From contig CAYTPC010000146.1 of assembly GCA_964439605.1 (NCBI GenBank), positions 17,602 to 81,601 of the forward strand: a stretch of DNA of 64,000 bases, given 5' to 3'. Position 1 is the stretch's first letter, and every line of letters starts with the position of its first letter. Position numbers and translations under genes: made by a program. Of this stretch, positions 9,211 through 19,612 are shown piece after piece. Source of the stretch: an uncultured Burkholderiaceae bacterium. Lineage in GTDB: Bacteria; Pseudomonadota; Gammaproteobacteria; Burkholderiales; Burkholderiaceae_C. The notes under the pieces were generated by a model. That model did not search any database. It worked only from the letters and a program-made list of their open reading frames with translations, and was not told where the DNA came from.

Positions 9211-10677
9211 TCAGGGCTTCAGCGCGGCCGCTTCCGGGTCGTAGCCGCCACCCAGCGCATGGGCAAGCCCCACTTGGGCATCCAGCGCCCGCGCGGCCAG
9301 ATCGACCCCCTCGCGGCGTTGCGCCAGGACGCTGGTTTCAGCCGTCAGTACGTTCAGATAGTTTCCGAGTCCGGCGCGGTAGCGCTGCAGTGAAATCGCG
9401 TAGGCGCCTTCCGCGGCCGCCTGTCCTTGGCGCTGCTGCACCTGCTGGCGCGCGATGGATTGCACCGCGGTGACCTGGTCGGCCACATCGCGCACCGCGT
9501 CAAGCACCGTGGCGTTGTAGCTCTCGATGGCGGCGTCCAGATCGGCATTCTTGCCGTGCAGGTTGGCGCGCAGCCGCCCGCCCTCGAAGATCGGCAGCCG
9601 GATCGCCGGCCCGACGCCCCACTGTTGGCTGGCGGATTTGAACAATTGATCGAAACCCAGGCTCTGAAAACCGGCAAAGGCTGCGATATTGATGTTGGGA
9701 TAGAACTGGCTTTTGGCATTGGCCACATCCTGAGTGGCCGCTTCGACGCGCCAGCGCGCGGCCGCCACGTCGGCGCGGTGGCCCAATAGATCGGCCGGAA
9801 TGCTCGCTTGTAATGGAATGGCTTTGAAAGCGTCGAGCTTGGGCGGCACGAGCGCCTGCGTCGCGCCGGGCTGGCCCACGAGCGCGTCGAGCGCATGCCG
9901 GGTCTGTTCGATCTGCTCATCGAGCGCTTCGATACGCTGGCGCGCCTCGGGCAGGCCGGCTTCGCTCTCGCGCAATTCAAGCATCGAGTCCAGTCCGGCG
10001 GACACGCGGTCGCGCACCAGATGCAGCGCATCCTGGCGCTGCGCGAGCATGCGCCGCGCCACATCTTGCTGGCCGTTCAGGCGCGCCCACTGGATATAGC
10101 CGCGGGCCACGCGTGTGGCCAGCAGGATACGTGAGGCCGACGCTTCGGCCTGCGCCGCATTGACCGTGCCGATGGCCGCCTCCAGCGCCGAGCGGTTCTT
10201 GCCGAAGAAATCCAACTCCCAGCTGCCGTTGAACTGGAACGTGCCCATCTCCCGCACCGAACCGCCCAGCGGCGGCGGATAAATGAAGTTCTCGCTGAAC
10301 TTCTGGCGTGTCAGGTCGAGCCCGGCGCCGATCTGCGGCCAGTCGGCGGATCGGGCTACGCCCGCAGCCGCCTGCGCGCGTTCAACCCGGGCATACGCAA
10401 TCTGCAGATTAGGGCTGTCTTTCAGGGCCTGGTCGATCAGGGCGTTGAGTTGGGCGTCGCCAAACGCCAGCCACCATTGCGGATCAACCGTGTTGGTATC
10501 GATCTGGGCGATCACGTCGTGCGCCACGTCGGCGCCCAGGCCGAGCGACTCGGCATCGCGCAGATGAGCCTGCGAAGAAATGCCCGACATGTCGGCACAG
10601 CCGGCCAGCAGGACAAGCGCGGCCGTTGCCGTCGCCAGGGCGCGGCGCCCGAAGCGATCAGGAATGGCGGGACTCAT
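9211..10677 (-). CDS. Outer-membrane efflux lipoprotein, NodT/OprM family
   Basis: The ORF is open to 10854. I prefer ATG 10677 (MSPAIPDRFGRRALATATAALVLLAGC…) because GGAG lies 9 nt upstream and a lipobox LLAGC follows. Two OEP-like repeats are present. ATG 10692 or 10707 are alternatives. Confidence 0.8.
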   Translation of the reverse strand: MSPAIPDRFGRRALATATAALVLLAGCADMSGISSQAHLRDAESLGLGADVAHDVIAQIDTNTVDPQWWLAFGDAQLNALIDQALKDSPNLQIAYARVERAQAAAGVARSADWPQIGAGLDLTRQKFSENFIYPPPLGGSVREMGTFQFNGSWELDFFGKNRSALEAAIGTVNAAQAEASASRILLATRVARGYIQWARLNGQQDVARRMLAQRQDALHLVRDRVSAGLDSMLELRESEAGLPEARQRIEALDEQIEQTRHALDALVGQPGATQALVPPKLDAFKAIPLQASIPADLLGHRADVAAARWRVEAATQDVANAKSQFYPNINIAAFAGFQSLGFDQLFKSASQQWGVGPAIRLPIFEGGRLRANLHGKNADLDAAIESYNATVLDAVRDVADQVTAVQSIARQQVQQRQGQAAAEGAYAISLQRYRAGLGNYLNVLTAETSVLAQRREGVDLAARALDAQVGLAHALGGGYDPEAAALKP

Positions 10678-11296
10678 TCTTGTTTTCTCCATTCTTACGT
10701 TCTCCATGGGACGCACGCGCCTGCGCGTTCGCCAGGATGCGATATAAAAAACCACTGAGCTGCTCCCATTCCTCGCGGCTGAAGCCCGCGAGGTATTCGT
10801 TGTGGATCCGGCTGAGCACCCGCGGAACTTCTTCGGCGGCAGCACGGCCTTCATCGGTGAGCTCGATGTTGACGACCCGCCGGTCGGATACCGAGCGCAC
10901 CCGCCGGCACAGGCCCTTGGCCTCCAGCCGGTCGAGCAGCCGCGTCATCGCCCCGGCGTCGAGCTCGCACTCGCGCGCAAGTTCAGCCACTGTGGTGGCC
11001 CGATGCGTGTGGACCTTATGCAGCGGAAGCCATTGCGGGTAGGTTGGCCCGCCAGGCTCGCACAGAGAAGTTTCGACCGACTGGCTGATCAGCGAAAGAA
11101 TCCGGCGCATCAGATACCCGATGCTCTCCTCAGGCTGGTAAGTTTCCGCGCGATAAAAGTCCGGCACCGTCAGATTCTGCGAACCAGCTGGCCCCCGAAG
11201 CTTGGCCAACGCACGCTTTAATCTGTTCGATACCATTGAGCTTCGTAAACTGACCGATCTGGCTGAAAAATCTTGCGTCTTGTCAAACATGAGCAA
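10658..11296 (-). CDS. MarR-family transcriptional regulator (EmrR-like), first gene of the efflux operon
   Basis: Winged-HTH region TVAELARECELDAGAMTRLLDRLEAKGLCRRVRSVSDRRVVNIELTDEG. The exact start is uncertain. The 3' end overlaps my preferred OMF start by 20 nt. Confidence 0.8.
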   Translation of the reverse strand: MLMFDKTQDFSARSVSLRSSMVSNRLKRALAKLRGPAGSQNLTVPDFYRAETYQPEESIGYLMRRILSLISQSVETSLCEPGGPTYPQWLPLHKVHTHRATTVAELARECELDAGAMTRLLDRLEAKGLCRRVRSVSDRRVVNIELTDEGRAAAEEVPRVLSRIHNEYLAGFSREEWEQLSGFLYRILANAQARASHGERKNGENKNESRHS

Positions 11297-11381
11297 GACT
11301 CGATTTTGATTGCCGAGGCAATTATTGTCAAGGCTTCATTTGAGAGAACAAGGGTTTATCAGAATCCATAGAATTTCCTGT

Positions 11382-13160
11382 ATGACTGCTTCCTCTTCCG
11401 CCCCCGCCAAGGGCTCGCCGCGTTCACTCAGCGGCTTGGCCCCGTTTCTGCGTCCCTATCGCGTTCAAATCATTCTGGCGGGCTTGTTTCTCGTGGGGGC
11501 GGCCGTGACCACGTTGCTGTTCCCGCTGGCGCTGCGCCAGTTGATCGACGGCGGCCTCGTGGGGGGACAAGACGGCCCTTCGATGGCACTGCGCGGTCAT
11601 TTCCTGGATCTGTTCCTCGTGGCGGTGGCACTGGGGCTTTTTTCGGCGGCGCGCTTTTTTACCGTCTCCTGGCTCGGTGAACGAATCACGGCCGACTTGC
11701 GCAATGCGGTTTACGCGCGGGTGCTGCACCAGAGCCCGGTTTTTTTCGAGACGACGCAGACTGGCGAGGTGCTCTCGCGCCTGACGGCAGATACCACGCT
11801 GGTCCAAACGGTGGTTGGCTCCTCGCTGAGCCTGGGTTTGCGCAACACGGTGATGGGGCTGGGCGCACTGGTGATGCTGGTTTGGAGCAACCCTTATGTG
11901 ATGGCGCAGGTACTGCTCATCCTGATGCTGGTGGTGGTGCCGAGCATGTGGTTCGGGCGGCGCGTGCGCAAACTCTCGCGCGCCAGCCAGGATCGCGTAG
12001 CCGACGCCAGCGCGATCGCGGCCGAGGTGCTCAATGCGATCCCGGTGGTGCAGAGCTACACGGCAGAAGGGCGTGAATCGGCGCGCTTTCACGCATCGAC
12101 CGAAAACGCCTTTCAAACCGCCGTACGGCGCACCAAGGCCCGCGCGGTGCTCGTGGCTTTCATCATCATCGCCACTTCGGCGGCATTGCTGTGGGGCCTG
12201 TACCTGGGCACACAGGCCGTGCTGCACGGGGACATCACGGCGGGCCACCTGGGCCAGACTATCGTCTACGTCATTATTTTGGCAAGCGCTTTCGCGGTGC
12301 TCGGCGAGATTTACGGTGACCTGCTGCGCGCAGCCGGCGCGACCGAACGGCTGATGGAACTTCTGCATGCCGATTCGGCCGTTACCTCGCCGGCGGCGCC
12401 CGTCAAGGCCAGCGCATCCACCGGGGGCAGCAACTTCCGCTTCGAATCGGTCACCTTCAACTACCCGTCGCGGCCCGATACGCCGGCGCTGCGCGATTTC
12501 AAGCTCGACGTGCGCCCCGGCGAGACGGTGGCGCTGGTAGGTTCCAGCGGCGCGGGAAAAAGCACGGTGTTGCAACTGCTGCTGCGCTACTACGATCCGC
12601 AGGCCGGCCGCATCCTGCTCAACGGCACGCCCATTACCAGCCTGGCGCTGCACGATTTGCGCCAGCACATTGGCGTCGTGCCGCAAGATCCGGTGATTTT
12701 CTCGACCAGCGCGCTTGAGAACATCCGCTACGGACGCCCCGATGCGAGCGACGAGGAAGTGCGCGCCGCCGCGCGTGCCGCCTACGCCGATGACTTTCTC
12801 TCCATGCTGCCCGAGGATTACGGCACTTTCCTCGGCGAGCGCGGCGTCAGGCTTTCGGGCGGGCAACGCCAGCGCATCGCGATCGCGCGGGCGATCCTCA
12901 AGAACGCGCCGCTGCTGCTGCTGGACGAAGCCACGAGTGCGCTTGACGCGCAAAGCGAGCAAATGGTGCAGGCGGCTTTGGATTCGGCGATGAAAAACCG
13001 CACCACGCTGGTCATCGCGCATCGGCTGGCCACGGTACAGAAGGCCGATCGCATCGTCGTGCTCGATCACGGCAGCATCATTGAACAAGGCACCCACGCC
13101 TCGCTGGTGGCGCAAGGCGGCGTTTATGCGCAGTTGGCGGCGCTGCAGTTCACCAAATGA
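11382..13160 (+). CDS. ABC exporter, fused transmembrane and ATPase domains (ABCB/MsbA-like)
   Basis: ATG 11382 (MTASSSAPAKG…) is preferred over the track's TTG 11310. Six-TM region, Walker A GSSGAGKST, signature LSGGQRQRIAIARA, Walker B LLLLDEATSALD. Confidence 0.85.
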   Translation: MTASSSAPAKGSPRSLSGLAPFLRPYRVQIILAGLFLVGAAVTTLLFPLALRQLIDGGLVGGQDGPSMALRGHFLDLFLVAVALGLFSAARFFTVSWLGERITADLRNAVYARVLHQSPVFFETTQTGEVLSRLTADTTLVQTVVGSSLSLGLRNTVMGLGALVMLVWSNPYVMAQVLLILMLVVVPSMWFGRRVRKLSRASQDRVADASAIAAEVLNAIPVVQSYTAEGRESARFHASTENAFQTAVRRTKARAVLVAFIIIATSAALLWGLYLGTQAVLHGDITAGHLGQTIVYVIILASAFAVLGEIYGDLLRAAGATERLMELLHADSAVTSPAAPVKASASTGGSNFRFESVTFNYPSRPDTPALRDFKLDVRPGETVALVGSSGAGKSTVLQLLLRYYDPQAGRILLNGTPITSLALHDLRQHIGVVPQDPVIFSTSALENIRYGRPDASDEEVRAAARAAYADDFLSMLPEDYGTFLGERGVRLSGGQRQRIAIARAILKNAPLLLLDEATSALDAQSEQMVQAALDSAMKNRTTLVIAHRLATVQKADRIVVLDHGSIIEQGTHASLVAQGGVYAQLAALQFTK

Positions 13161-13199
13161 TTCTGGTTCAGCGCGCCGCCCAAGACGCCAGCGGCGCTT

Positions 13200-13637
13200 C
13201 TATTGCAATGTTTCCTTGAGCGCATCGGGCAGCACCAGCGGCATGACTGCGATGCCCTCTTCGAGCAATTCCTCCGCCTGCTGCAACGTGGCTTGTCCGC
13301 GGATGCCGCGTTCGGCCGCTTCACCGTAATGGATCTTGCGTGCCTCTTGCGCGAAACGCTCACCCACATCCTCGGTTTTCGCCAACATCTCGCGCACCAA
13401 GCGCATCCAGCGTCCCTGTTGCGCCGCTTCGTCCGGCGTGAGCGCCAGGGGCTCTTGCGCCTCTTTCGCCTTGCCAAGGTTCAGCCGCGGCGCGGAGAGA
13501 CACTTGGTGATGGCCTTGTCGGCACAGACCGGGCACTCGATCAACCCGCTTGCAAGCTGCCCCTGGAACGCTTCGTTCGAGTCGAACCAGCCTTCGAAGT
13601 CATGGCCGTGCGCGCACCGCAAGTCGAGAACTTTCAT
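13200..13637 (-). CDS. DUF1178-family zinc-ribbon-like protein
   Basis: 145 aa, MKVLDLRCAHGHDFEGWFDSNEAFQGQLASGLIECPVCAD…. This matches my recollection of the DUF1178 N-terminus. The nuoN-NUDIX-DUF1178 order is, from memory, common in Burkholderiales. Confidence 0.6.
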   Translation of the reverse strand: MKVLDLRCAHGHDFEGWFDSNEAFQGQLASGLIECPVCADKAITKCLSAPRLNLGKAKEAQEPLALTPDEAAQQGRWMRLVREMLAKTEDVGERFAQEARKIHYGEAAERGIRGQATLQQAEELLEEGIAVMPLVLPDALKETLQ

Positions 13638-13670
13638 GCCTCGATTGTCACCTTTCTGGGGTGTCGCCGG

Positions 13671-13835
13671 CTAGTGTCCTGAGTTAGAAGTTCGGTGAAG
13701 AAACAAATCTGTCGCAATCGGCGCCAGGCAAGGCGCGAACCGGAGCGATACCGAGTGGTATCGCGAGGATTTGCAACGCCGCATGGCGTCGATTGCGGCG
13801 GATTTGTTCATCGAATTTCTAACTCAGGACACTAG
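13671..13835. repeat. ~165-bp imperfect palindromic (MITE/ERIC-like) element
   Basis: Left arm 13671-13720: ctagtgtcctgagttagaagttcggtgaagaaacaaatctgtcgcaatcg. The reverse complement of the right arm (13790-13835) is ctagtgtcctgagttagaaattcgatgaacaaatccgccgcaatcg. The first 19 nt are identical, followed by 4 mismatches and one 3-nt indel. The core holds three small hairpins: gcgcc/ggcgc, gcgatacc/ggtatcgc and acgcc/ggcgt. Confidence 0.6.
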
Positions 13836-14435
13836 TACCTGCCAATCGGGCGTCCACGCCCCGGATAGCGCGCTTTGCAGCCACAAGCCGCAGGCCAGCG
13901 TCTTGGCGTCGCTGATGCGGCCGTCACGGCACCACGCGAAGAACTGTTCCGTCGTTGCAATGAAAGTGTCGACGAATTCGCCTTCGTCGAGTTTGCGCTC
14001 GCCCAGCAATAGGCCGCGCGCAAAGTAGATGTGAATAATTTCGGTGGAGTAAGCAATCGCCGGGTGCATGGATCCCGCACGAGCCCATTCGCGCGCAATG
14101 TAGCCGGTCTCTTCGCGCAATTCGCGCTGCCCGCAACCGAGCGGATCCTCGCCTGCATCCAGCTTGCCGGCCGGAAACTCGATCGCCACCTCGCCGATCG
14201 GATGACGGTACTGGCGTTCCAGCACGATGCGCCCGTCGTCAAGCAAGGGGACGACCACGACCGCGCCGGGATGCACGATGTATTCGCGCGTCGTATGCTG
14301 TCCGTTGGGCAAGCGCACCGTGTCGCGCCGCGCGCGCAGGAAATGACCGTCGAGCAGCGCTTCGCTCTTGATGCGCTCTTCCTTCAGGTGTGTGTCATCC
14401 ATGAGGGCAGGGGGCATGCCGGTGGTGATGTTCAT
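13824..14435 (-). CDS. NUDIX hydrolase (ADP-ribose pyrophosphatase-like)
   Basis: Nudix box GKLDAGEDPLGCGQRELREETGY. ATG 14435 (MNITTGMPPALMDD…) is preferred because the longer track ORF would overlap nuoN. The last codons and the stop lie inside the palindromic element. Confidence 0.8.
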   Translation of the reverse strand: MNITTGMPPALMDDTHLKEERIKSEALLDGHFLRARRDTVRLPNGQHTTREYIVHPGAVVVVPLLDDGRIVLERQYRHPIGEVAIEFPAGKLDAGEDPLGCGQRELREETGYIAREWARAGSMHPAIAYSTEIIHIYFARGLLLGERKLDEGEFVDTFIATTEQFFAWCRDGRISDAKTLACGLWLQSALSGAWTPDWQVLVS

Positions 14436-14577
14436 GCCGGCGCCGCGCCTGGAAAGCGATCGGCGACCGGCGCAAAATAGGTTTCTGCGAAATGCTTCTT
14501 GCGTGGGCGCAACATGGGTGCGTCCTTGTTTGCGGGAGTCCTGCGAACCAAGCCGAAGCACTCCCGGGCACTTGGGT

Positions 14578-16068
14578 TCAACCCGTCGCAAGCGTCGTCA
14601 TGATCGCCTTGGCGCACAAGGACATCAGTCCGCCGGGAACGATACCCAGGATCAGGATGAGCGCGCCGTTGAGCGTCAGGACCGCGCGCACCTGATACGG
14701 CGCCGATACGGTGGCTGCAGTGATGGGGTCATCAAAGTACATGACCTTGACCACGCGCAAGTAGTAAAAGGCGCCAATCAGCGACATCAGCACGGCAAAC
14801 ACCGCGAGCGCAATGTACAGCGCCTCGCCCGAAGCCACGAGCGCTTGCAGCACCGCCAGCTTCGCATAGAAGCCCACCAGCGGCGGAATGCCCGCCAATG
14901 AAAACATTGCAACCGCCATCACTCCGGCATAGAGCGGACTGCGCTGGTTGAGGCCGGCGAGGTCGGAGATTTCCTCGCTTTCGAAGCCCTCGCGTGCGAG
15001 CAAGAGAATGATGCCGAAGCTTGCCAGGGTGGTCAGCACATAGGTCACCACGTAGAACATCGCTGCGCTGTAGGCGGCCCCGGCGTTGTAGCTGTGGCCA
15101 TTGACCACGCCGGCCACCAGGCCGAGCAGCATGAAGCCCATTTGCGCGATGGTTGAATAGGCCAGCATCCGCTTGAGGTTGGTCTGCGCGATCGCGGCGA
15201 TATTTCCAATCAGCAGTGACGCGATGGCCAGCAGCGCCAACATCTGCTGCCAGTCGATCGCCAGCGGGAGCAGCCCCTCGACCAGCATACGGATGATGAT
15301 CGCAAACGCCGCCAGTTCGGGCGCGGCCCCGATCAGCAACGTGACCGCGGTGGGCGCCCCCTGGTACACGTCGGGAATCCACATGTGGAATGGCGCCGCC
15401 CCGATCTTGAACGCCAAGCCGGAGACGACGAACACCAAGCCGAACACCAGCACCTGATGCTTGATCTCTCGGCTCGAGATGGCTTTGAATACCTCGTTGA
15501 TGTCCAGAGACCCTGTCGCGCCGTAGATCATCGACATGCCGTACAGCAAGAAGCCGCTGGCCAACGCGCCGAGCACGAAATACTTCATGGCGGCTTCGCT
15601 CGCAGCCGCATTGTCACGGCGCAGCGCGACCAGCGCATAGCTCGACAGCGTCAGCAATTCCAGGCCGAGATAAATCAGCAGGAAATTGCTGCCCGAAATC
15701 ATCACGAACATGCCCAATAGCGCGAACAGGCTCAGCGTGAAGAGCTCGCCGCCGCGCAGCATGCCCCGGCCGGCTGCGTAAGGCTTGCCATAAATCAGCG
15801 TGACCATCAGCGCAATCGAGGCAAAGCACTTCAGGCAGTTGCCCAGCATGTCGCTGACGACCATGCCGCCGAAACCATAGATGGTCATCCCTTCATGCGC
15901 GCGAAAGCCCGTCAGGACGGCCACAACCACCAGCGTGAGCAGGGTCAGCGCATAAGTGCGCTGCCGGCGGCCTTCGGTCGCCGACAGGTCGACCAGTGTG
16001 ATGACGCAGCCCATGACGAGCAGCACCAATTCGGGATAAATCGTGATCCAGCTGAGTTTGTCAATCAT
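14578..16068 (-). CDS. nuoN: NADH-quinone oxidoreductase subunit N
   Basis: 496-aa polytopic antiporter-like ORF, last gene of the nuoA-N order. Confidence 0.9.
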   Translation of the reverse strand: MIDKLSWITIYPELVLLVMGCVITLVDLSATEGRRQRTYALTLLTLVVVAVLTGFRAHEGMTIYGFGGMVVSDMLGNCLKCFASIALMVTLIYGKPYAAGRGMLRGGELFTLSLFALLGMFVMISGSNFLLIYLGLELLTLSSYALVALRRDNAAASEAAMKYFVLGALASGFLLYGMSMIYGATGSLDINEVFKAISSREIKHQVLVFGLVFVVSGLAFKIGAAPFHMWIPDVYQGAPTAVTLLIGAAPELAAFAIIIRMLVEGLLPLAIDWQQMLALLAIASLLIGNIAAIAQTNLKRMLAYSTIAQMGFMLLGLVAGVVNGHSYNAGAAYSAAMFYVVTYVLTTLASFGIILLLAREGFESEEISDLAGLNQRSPLYAGVMAVAMFSLAGIPPLVGFYAKLAVLQALVASGEALYIALAVFAVLMSLIGAFYYLRVVKVMYFDDPITAATVSAPYQVRAVLTLNGALILILGIVPGGLMSLCAKAIMTTLATG

Positions 16069-16092
16069 GTCGTTCTCTTCTTCAGCATGGGG

Positions 16093-17574
16093 TCATGGCA
16101 ACTTGGAAACCGCGACGTGGCGCAGCAGGTCGGTCACCGACGCGTCCATCACGTCGGTAAACGGCTTCGGATACAGGCCCATCCAGAGCACCGCGATCGC
16201 CAACAGCGACAGCATGAGGAACTCGCGGCCATTGATGTCGGAAAGCTCCTGGATATGCTTATTCCCCGGCTCGCCAAGGTAGACGCGCTTGTACATCCAC
16301 AGCGTGTAGGCCGCGCCAAGAATCAGCGCCGTTGCCGCGCCCAAGCCGAGCCAGAAGTTGGCCTTGACCGCGCCGAGGATCACCATCCACTCCCCGACGA
16401 AGCCCGCGGTCGCTGGCAGGCCGCAGTTGGCCATGGCGAAAAGCAGCGCGAATGCGGCGAACTTGGGCATCGTATTGATCACGCCACCGTAATCGGCGAT
16501 TTGGCGCGAATGCACGCGGTCATAAAGCACGCCGATGCACAGGAACATCGCGCCCGAAACAAAGCCGTGCGCGATCATCTGCACGATCCCGCCCGAAACA
16601 CCGAGTCCGCTGAAGATGAAAAAGCCCAGCGTCACGAAGCCCATGTGCGCGACCGATGAATAAGCCACGAGCTTTTTCATGTCCTGCTGCACCAGTGCGA
16701 CCAGGCCGACGTAAATCACCGCAATCAGCGACAGCGCGATCATCAGCCAGGCCCATTCATGCGAAGCATCGGGCGCGATCGGCAGCGAGAACCGCAGGAA
16801 ACCGTAGGCGCCGAGCTTGAGCATGATCGCCGCCAGCACGGCGGAGCCGCCGGTAGGCGCCTCGACGTGCACGTCTGGCAACCAAGTGTGCACCGGCCAC
16901 ATCGGAACCTTCACCGCGAAGGCCGCGAAGAAGGCAAAGAACAGCAGCGTTTGAGCCGTACTTCCGAGTTTGGTCTGGTGCCAGGTCAGAATGTCGGCAG
17001 TGCCGCCCGCCACGTTATAGAGATAGATCAGCGCCACCAGAAGCAGCAGCGAACCCAGCAAGGTGTAAAGGAAGAACTTGAAGGCGGCGTAGATCCGGTT
17101 CGGCCCGCCCCAAATACCGATGATCAGGTACATCGGGATCAGCGTGGCTTCGAAAAAGACGTAGAACAGCACGCCGTCGAGCGCACAGAACACGCCAATC
17201 ATCAACCCCGACAGGATCAGGAAAGCGCCCATGTACTGATTGACGCGCTCGGTGATGACTTCCCAAGCCGAAATCACCACGACCACCGTGATGAAGGCGG
17301 TGAGCAGCACGAACCACAGCGACAGACCATCGACACCCAGGTGGTAATCGACATTGAATCGATCGATCCACGGGGCCTTCTCGACGAATTGCATCGCCGA
17401 AGTTCCCAGCTTGAAGCCGGTGTACAGCGGAATCGTGATCAGAAAACTGATGATCGAACCGATCAGCGCAATCCAACGCACGGCGCGGACGCGTTTTTTG
17501 GAACCCATCGCCAGCAGCACGGCTCCCAGGGCGATCGGCACCCAGATGGCAAGGCTCAGCAAACCCATTTGCAT
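16093..17574 (-). CDS. nuoM: NADH-quinone oxidoreductase subunit M
   Basis: 493-aa antiporter-like membrane ORF located between nuoL and nuoN. Confidence 0.9.
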   Translation of the reverse strand: MQMGLLSLAIWVPIALGAVLLAMGSKKRVRAVRWIALIGSIISFLITIPLYTGFKLGTSAMQFVEKAPWIDRFNVDYHLGVDGLSLWFVLLTAFITVVVVISAWEVITERVNQYMGAFLILSGLMIGVFCALDGVLFYVFFEATLIPMYLIIGIWGGPNRIYAAFKFFLYTLLGSLLLLVALIYLYNVAGGTADILTWHQTKLGSTAQTLLFFAFFAAFAVKVPMWPVHTWLPDVHVEAPTGGSAVLAAIMLKLGAYGFLRFSLPIAPDASHEWAWLMIALSLIAVIYVGLVALVQQDMKKLVAYSSVAHMGFVTLGFFIFSGLGVSGGIVQMIAHGFVSGAMFLCIGVLYDRVHSRQIADYGGVINTMPKFAAFALLFAMANCGLPATAGFVGEWMVILGAVKANFWLGLGAATALILGAAYTLWMYKRVYLGEPGNKHIQELSDINGREFLMLSLLAIAVLWMGLYPKPFTDVMDASVTDLLRHVAVSKLP

Positions 17575-17590
17575 TTTTCTCCCTTGCCGC

Positions 17591-19597
17591 TCAGTATTTG
17601 AACCAGACGAAATACGACATCAGGATGAATACTCCCAGAAGCATTCCGAATGCGTAGTGATAAATGAAACCCGACTGGACCCAGCGCACCACACTGGAGA
17701 CGCGGCCGACGAGCTTCCATGAACCGTTGACCACCGCACCATCGATCAGTGCTTGGTCGCCGCCCTTCCAGAGACCGATGCCGATCGCACGCGCGGCACG
17801 CGCGATGACATTCTCATTGAGCCAGTCCATGTAGTACTTGTTTTCGAGTAGACGATAGATCGGGCCCATGGCGCGCCCAATCGCAGCCGGCAGTGCCGGA
17901 TTGATCAGATACATGTAGTAGGCCAGCACAACGCCGATCAGCGCGAGCCAGAAAGGCAGCGCGGTCAGCCCATGCAGCGCCATTGCCAGAGTGCCGTGGA
18001 ACGCTTCCTTCAGACCGCCCATCGCATGGTGGCGCGCCGCGTCGACCACGATCGAATCCTTGAATAGCTCGCCAAACAGCATCGGCTCGATCGCCAGGTA
18101 GCCGATCACCACCGACGGGATCGCCAGCAACACCAGCGGCACCCAGACCACCCAGGGCGACTCGTGCGGCTTGTCGTGGCCATGACCGTCATGATGGTGC
18201 GCTTCGGGATTGCGGTCGTAGCGTTCTTTGCCGTGGAATACCAGGAAGTACATGCGGAACGAGTAGAAAGCGGTCACGAAAACGCCCGCCAGCACCGCAA
18301 AGTACGCGAACCCTGCGCCCGGCAGATGGCTTTCGCGTACCGCCTCGATGATGCTGTCCTTCGAGTAAAAACCCGAGAACAGCGGCGTACCGATCAATGC
18401 CAGCGATCCCACGAGCGAGGTGATCCAGGTGATCGGCATGTACTTGCGCACGCCGCCCATCCAGCGGATGTCCTGATTGTGGTGCATGCCGATGATGACC
18501 GATCCGGCGGCCAGGAAGAGCAGGGCCTTGAAGAAAGCATGCGTCATCAGATGGAACACCGCCACCGAATAGGCTGAAGCACCGAGCGCCACCGTCATGT
18601 AGCCAAGCTGCGAGAGCGTGGAATAGGCCACCACGCGCTTGATGTCGTTCTGAATGATGCCCAGGAAGCCCATGAATAGCGCAGTAATCGCGCCGATCAC
18701 GAGAACGAAATTCAGCGCCGTATCGCTCAATTCGAACAACGGCGACATGCGCGCGACCATGAAAATCCCTGCCGTGACCATCGTGGCGGCATGGATCAGC
18801 GCCGAGATGGGGGTGGGGCCTTCCATTGAATCGGGCAGCCATACGTGCAGCGGAAACTGCGCGCTCTTGCCCATCGCGCCGATGAACAGGCAAATGCAGA
18901 TCACGGTAATCAGCAGCCAGTCCGAGCCCGGAAAGCCGATCGTGGCCAACTCGCCGGCCTTGGCGAAAACTTCGTGATAGTTGAGCGTATCGCAATAGGC
19001 CGCGATCAGGCCGATACCGAGAATGAAGCCGAAGTCGCCGACGCGGTTGACCAAGAAGGCCTTCATGTTCGCGAAGATCGCCGTCGGTTTTTTGTACCAG
19101 AAGCCGATCAGAAGATACGACACCAGCCCCACCGCTTCCCAGCCGAAGAACAACTGGAGCATGTTGTTGCTCATCACGAGCATCAACATCGAGAAGGTGA
19201 ACAGCGAGATATAGGCGAAGAAGCGGTTGTAGCCCTCGTCATCGGCCATGTAGCCGATGGTGTAGATGTGCACCATCAGCGAGACGAAGGTCACCACGCA
19301 CATCATCAAGGCCGTCAGGCCATCGATCAGAAAGCCGACTTCCATCTTGAGGCCGCCGACCACCATCCATTCGTAGATGGTGGCGTTGAAGCGGGCGCCA
19401 TCGGCGAGTACGCTTTGCAGCGTGATCGCGGAGAGAATGAAGGAAATCAGCACGCCCAGGATCGTCAACGAGTGACAGGCGCGGCGGCCCAGGAGGTTGC
19501 CGCCGAACCGGGTGCCGAATAGACCGGCCAAGGCCGAACCGGCCAAAGGCGCCAGCGGAACCGCCAGCAGCATGGATGCAGAAAGCGTTGAGCTCAT
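17591..19597 (-). CDS. nuoL: NADH-quinone oxidoreductase subunit L
   Basis: 668-aa antiporter-like ORF with the long C-terminal extension typical of NuoL. Confidence 0.9.
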   Translation of the reverse strand: MSSTLSASMLLAVPLAPLAGSALAGLFGTRFGGNLLGRRACHSLTILGVLISFILSAITLQSVLADGARFNATIYEWMVVGGLKMEVGFLIDGLTALMMCVVTFVSLMVHIYTIGYMADDEGYNRFFAYISLFTFSMLMLVMSNNMLQLFFGWEAVGLVSYLLIGFWYKKPTAIFANMKAFLVNRVGDFGFILGIGLIAAYCDTLNYHEVFAKAGELATIGFPGSDWLLITVICICLFIGAMGKSAQFPLHVWLPDSMEGPTPISALIHAATMVTAGIFMVARMSPLFELSDTALNFVLVIGAITALFMGFLGIIQNDIKRVVAYSTLSQLGYMTVALGASAYSVAVFHLMTHAFFKALLFLAAGSVIIGMHHNQDIRWMGGVRKYMPITWITSLVGSLALIGTPLFSGFYSKDSIIEAVRESHLPGAGFAYFAVLAGVFVTAFYSFRMYFLVFHGKERYDRNPEAHHHDGHGHDKPHESPWVVWVPLVLLAIPSVVIGYLAIEPMLFGELFKDSIVVDAARHHAMGGLKEAFHGTLAMALHGLTALPFWLALIGVVLAYYMYLINPALPAAIGRAMGPIYRLLENKYYMDWLNENVIARAARAIGIGLWKGGDQALIDGAVVNGSWKLVGRVSSVVRWVQSGFIYHYAFGMLLGVFILMSYFVWFKY

Positions 19598-19612
19598 TGT
19601 GCGGTGCCGTCC

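Noticed and set aside
10658-10677. 20-nt overlap between the MarR-like stop and the outer-membrane factor start, considered as a possible programmed feature.
   Set aside because: It depends entirely on my choice among three in-frame ATGs (10677, 10692, 10707). Short overlaps in efflux operons are ordinary translational coupling.
11424-13115. 563-aa ORF antisense to the ABC exporter gene. Similar long antisense ORFs occur at 34645-36732 (695 aa, opposite the TonB receptor), 48031-49785 (584 aa, opposite petB), 22849-24384 (511 aa, opposite nuoG) and 59586-60758 (390 aa, opposite the FAD oxidase).
   Set aside because: Their translations are Arg/His/Gly/Ala-rich with no motifs. They mirror well-supported genes on the other strand. 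Open antisense frames are an expected by-product of high GC3 coding sequence.
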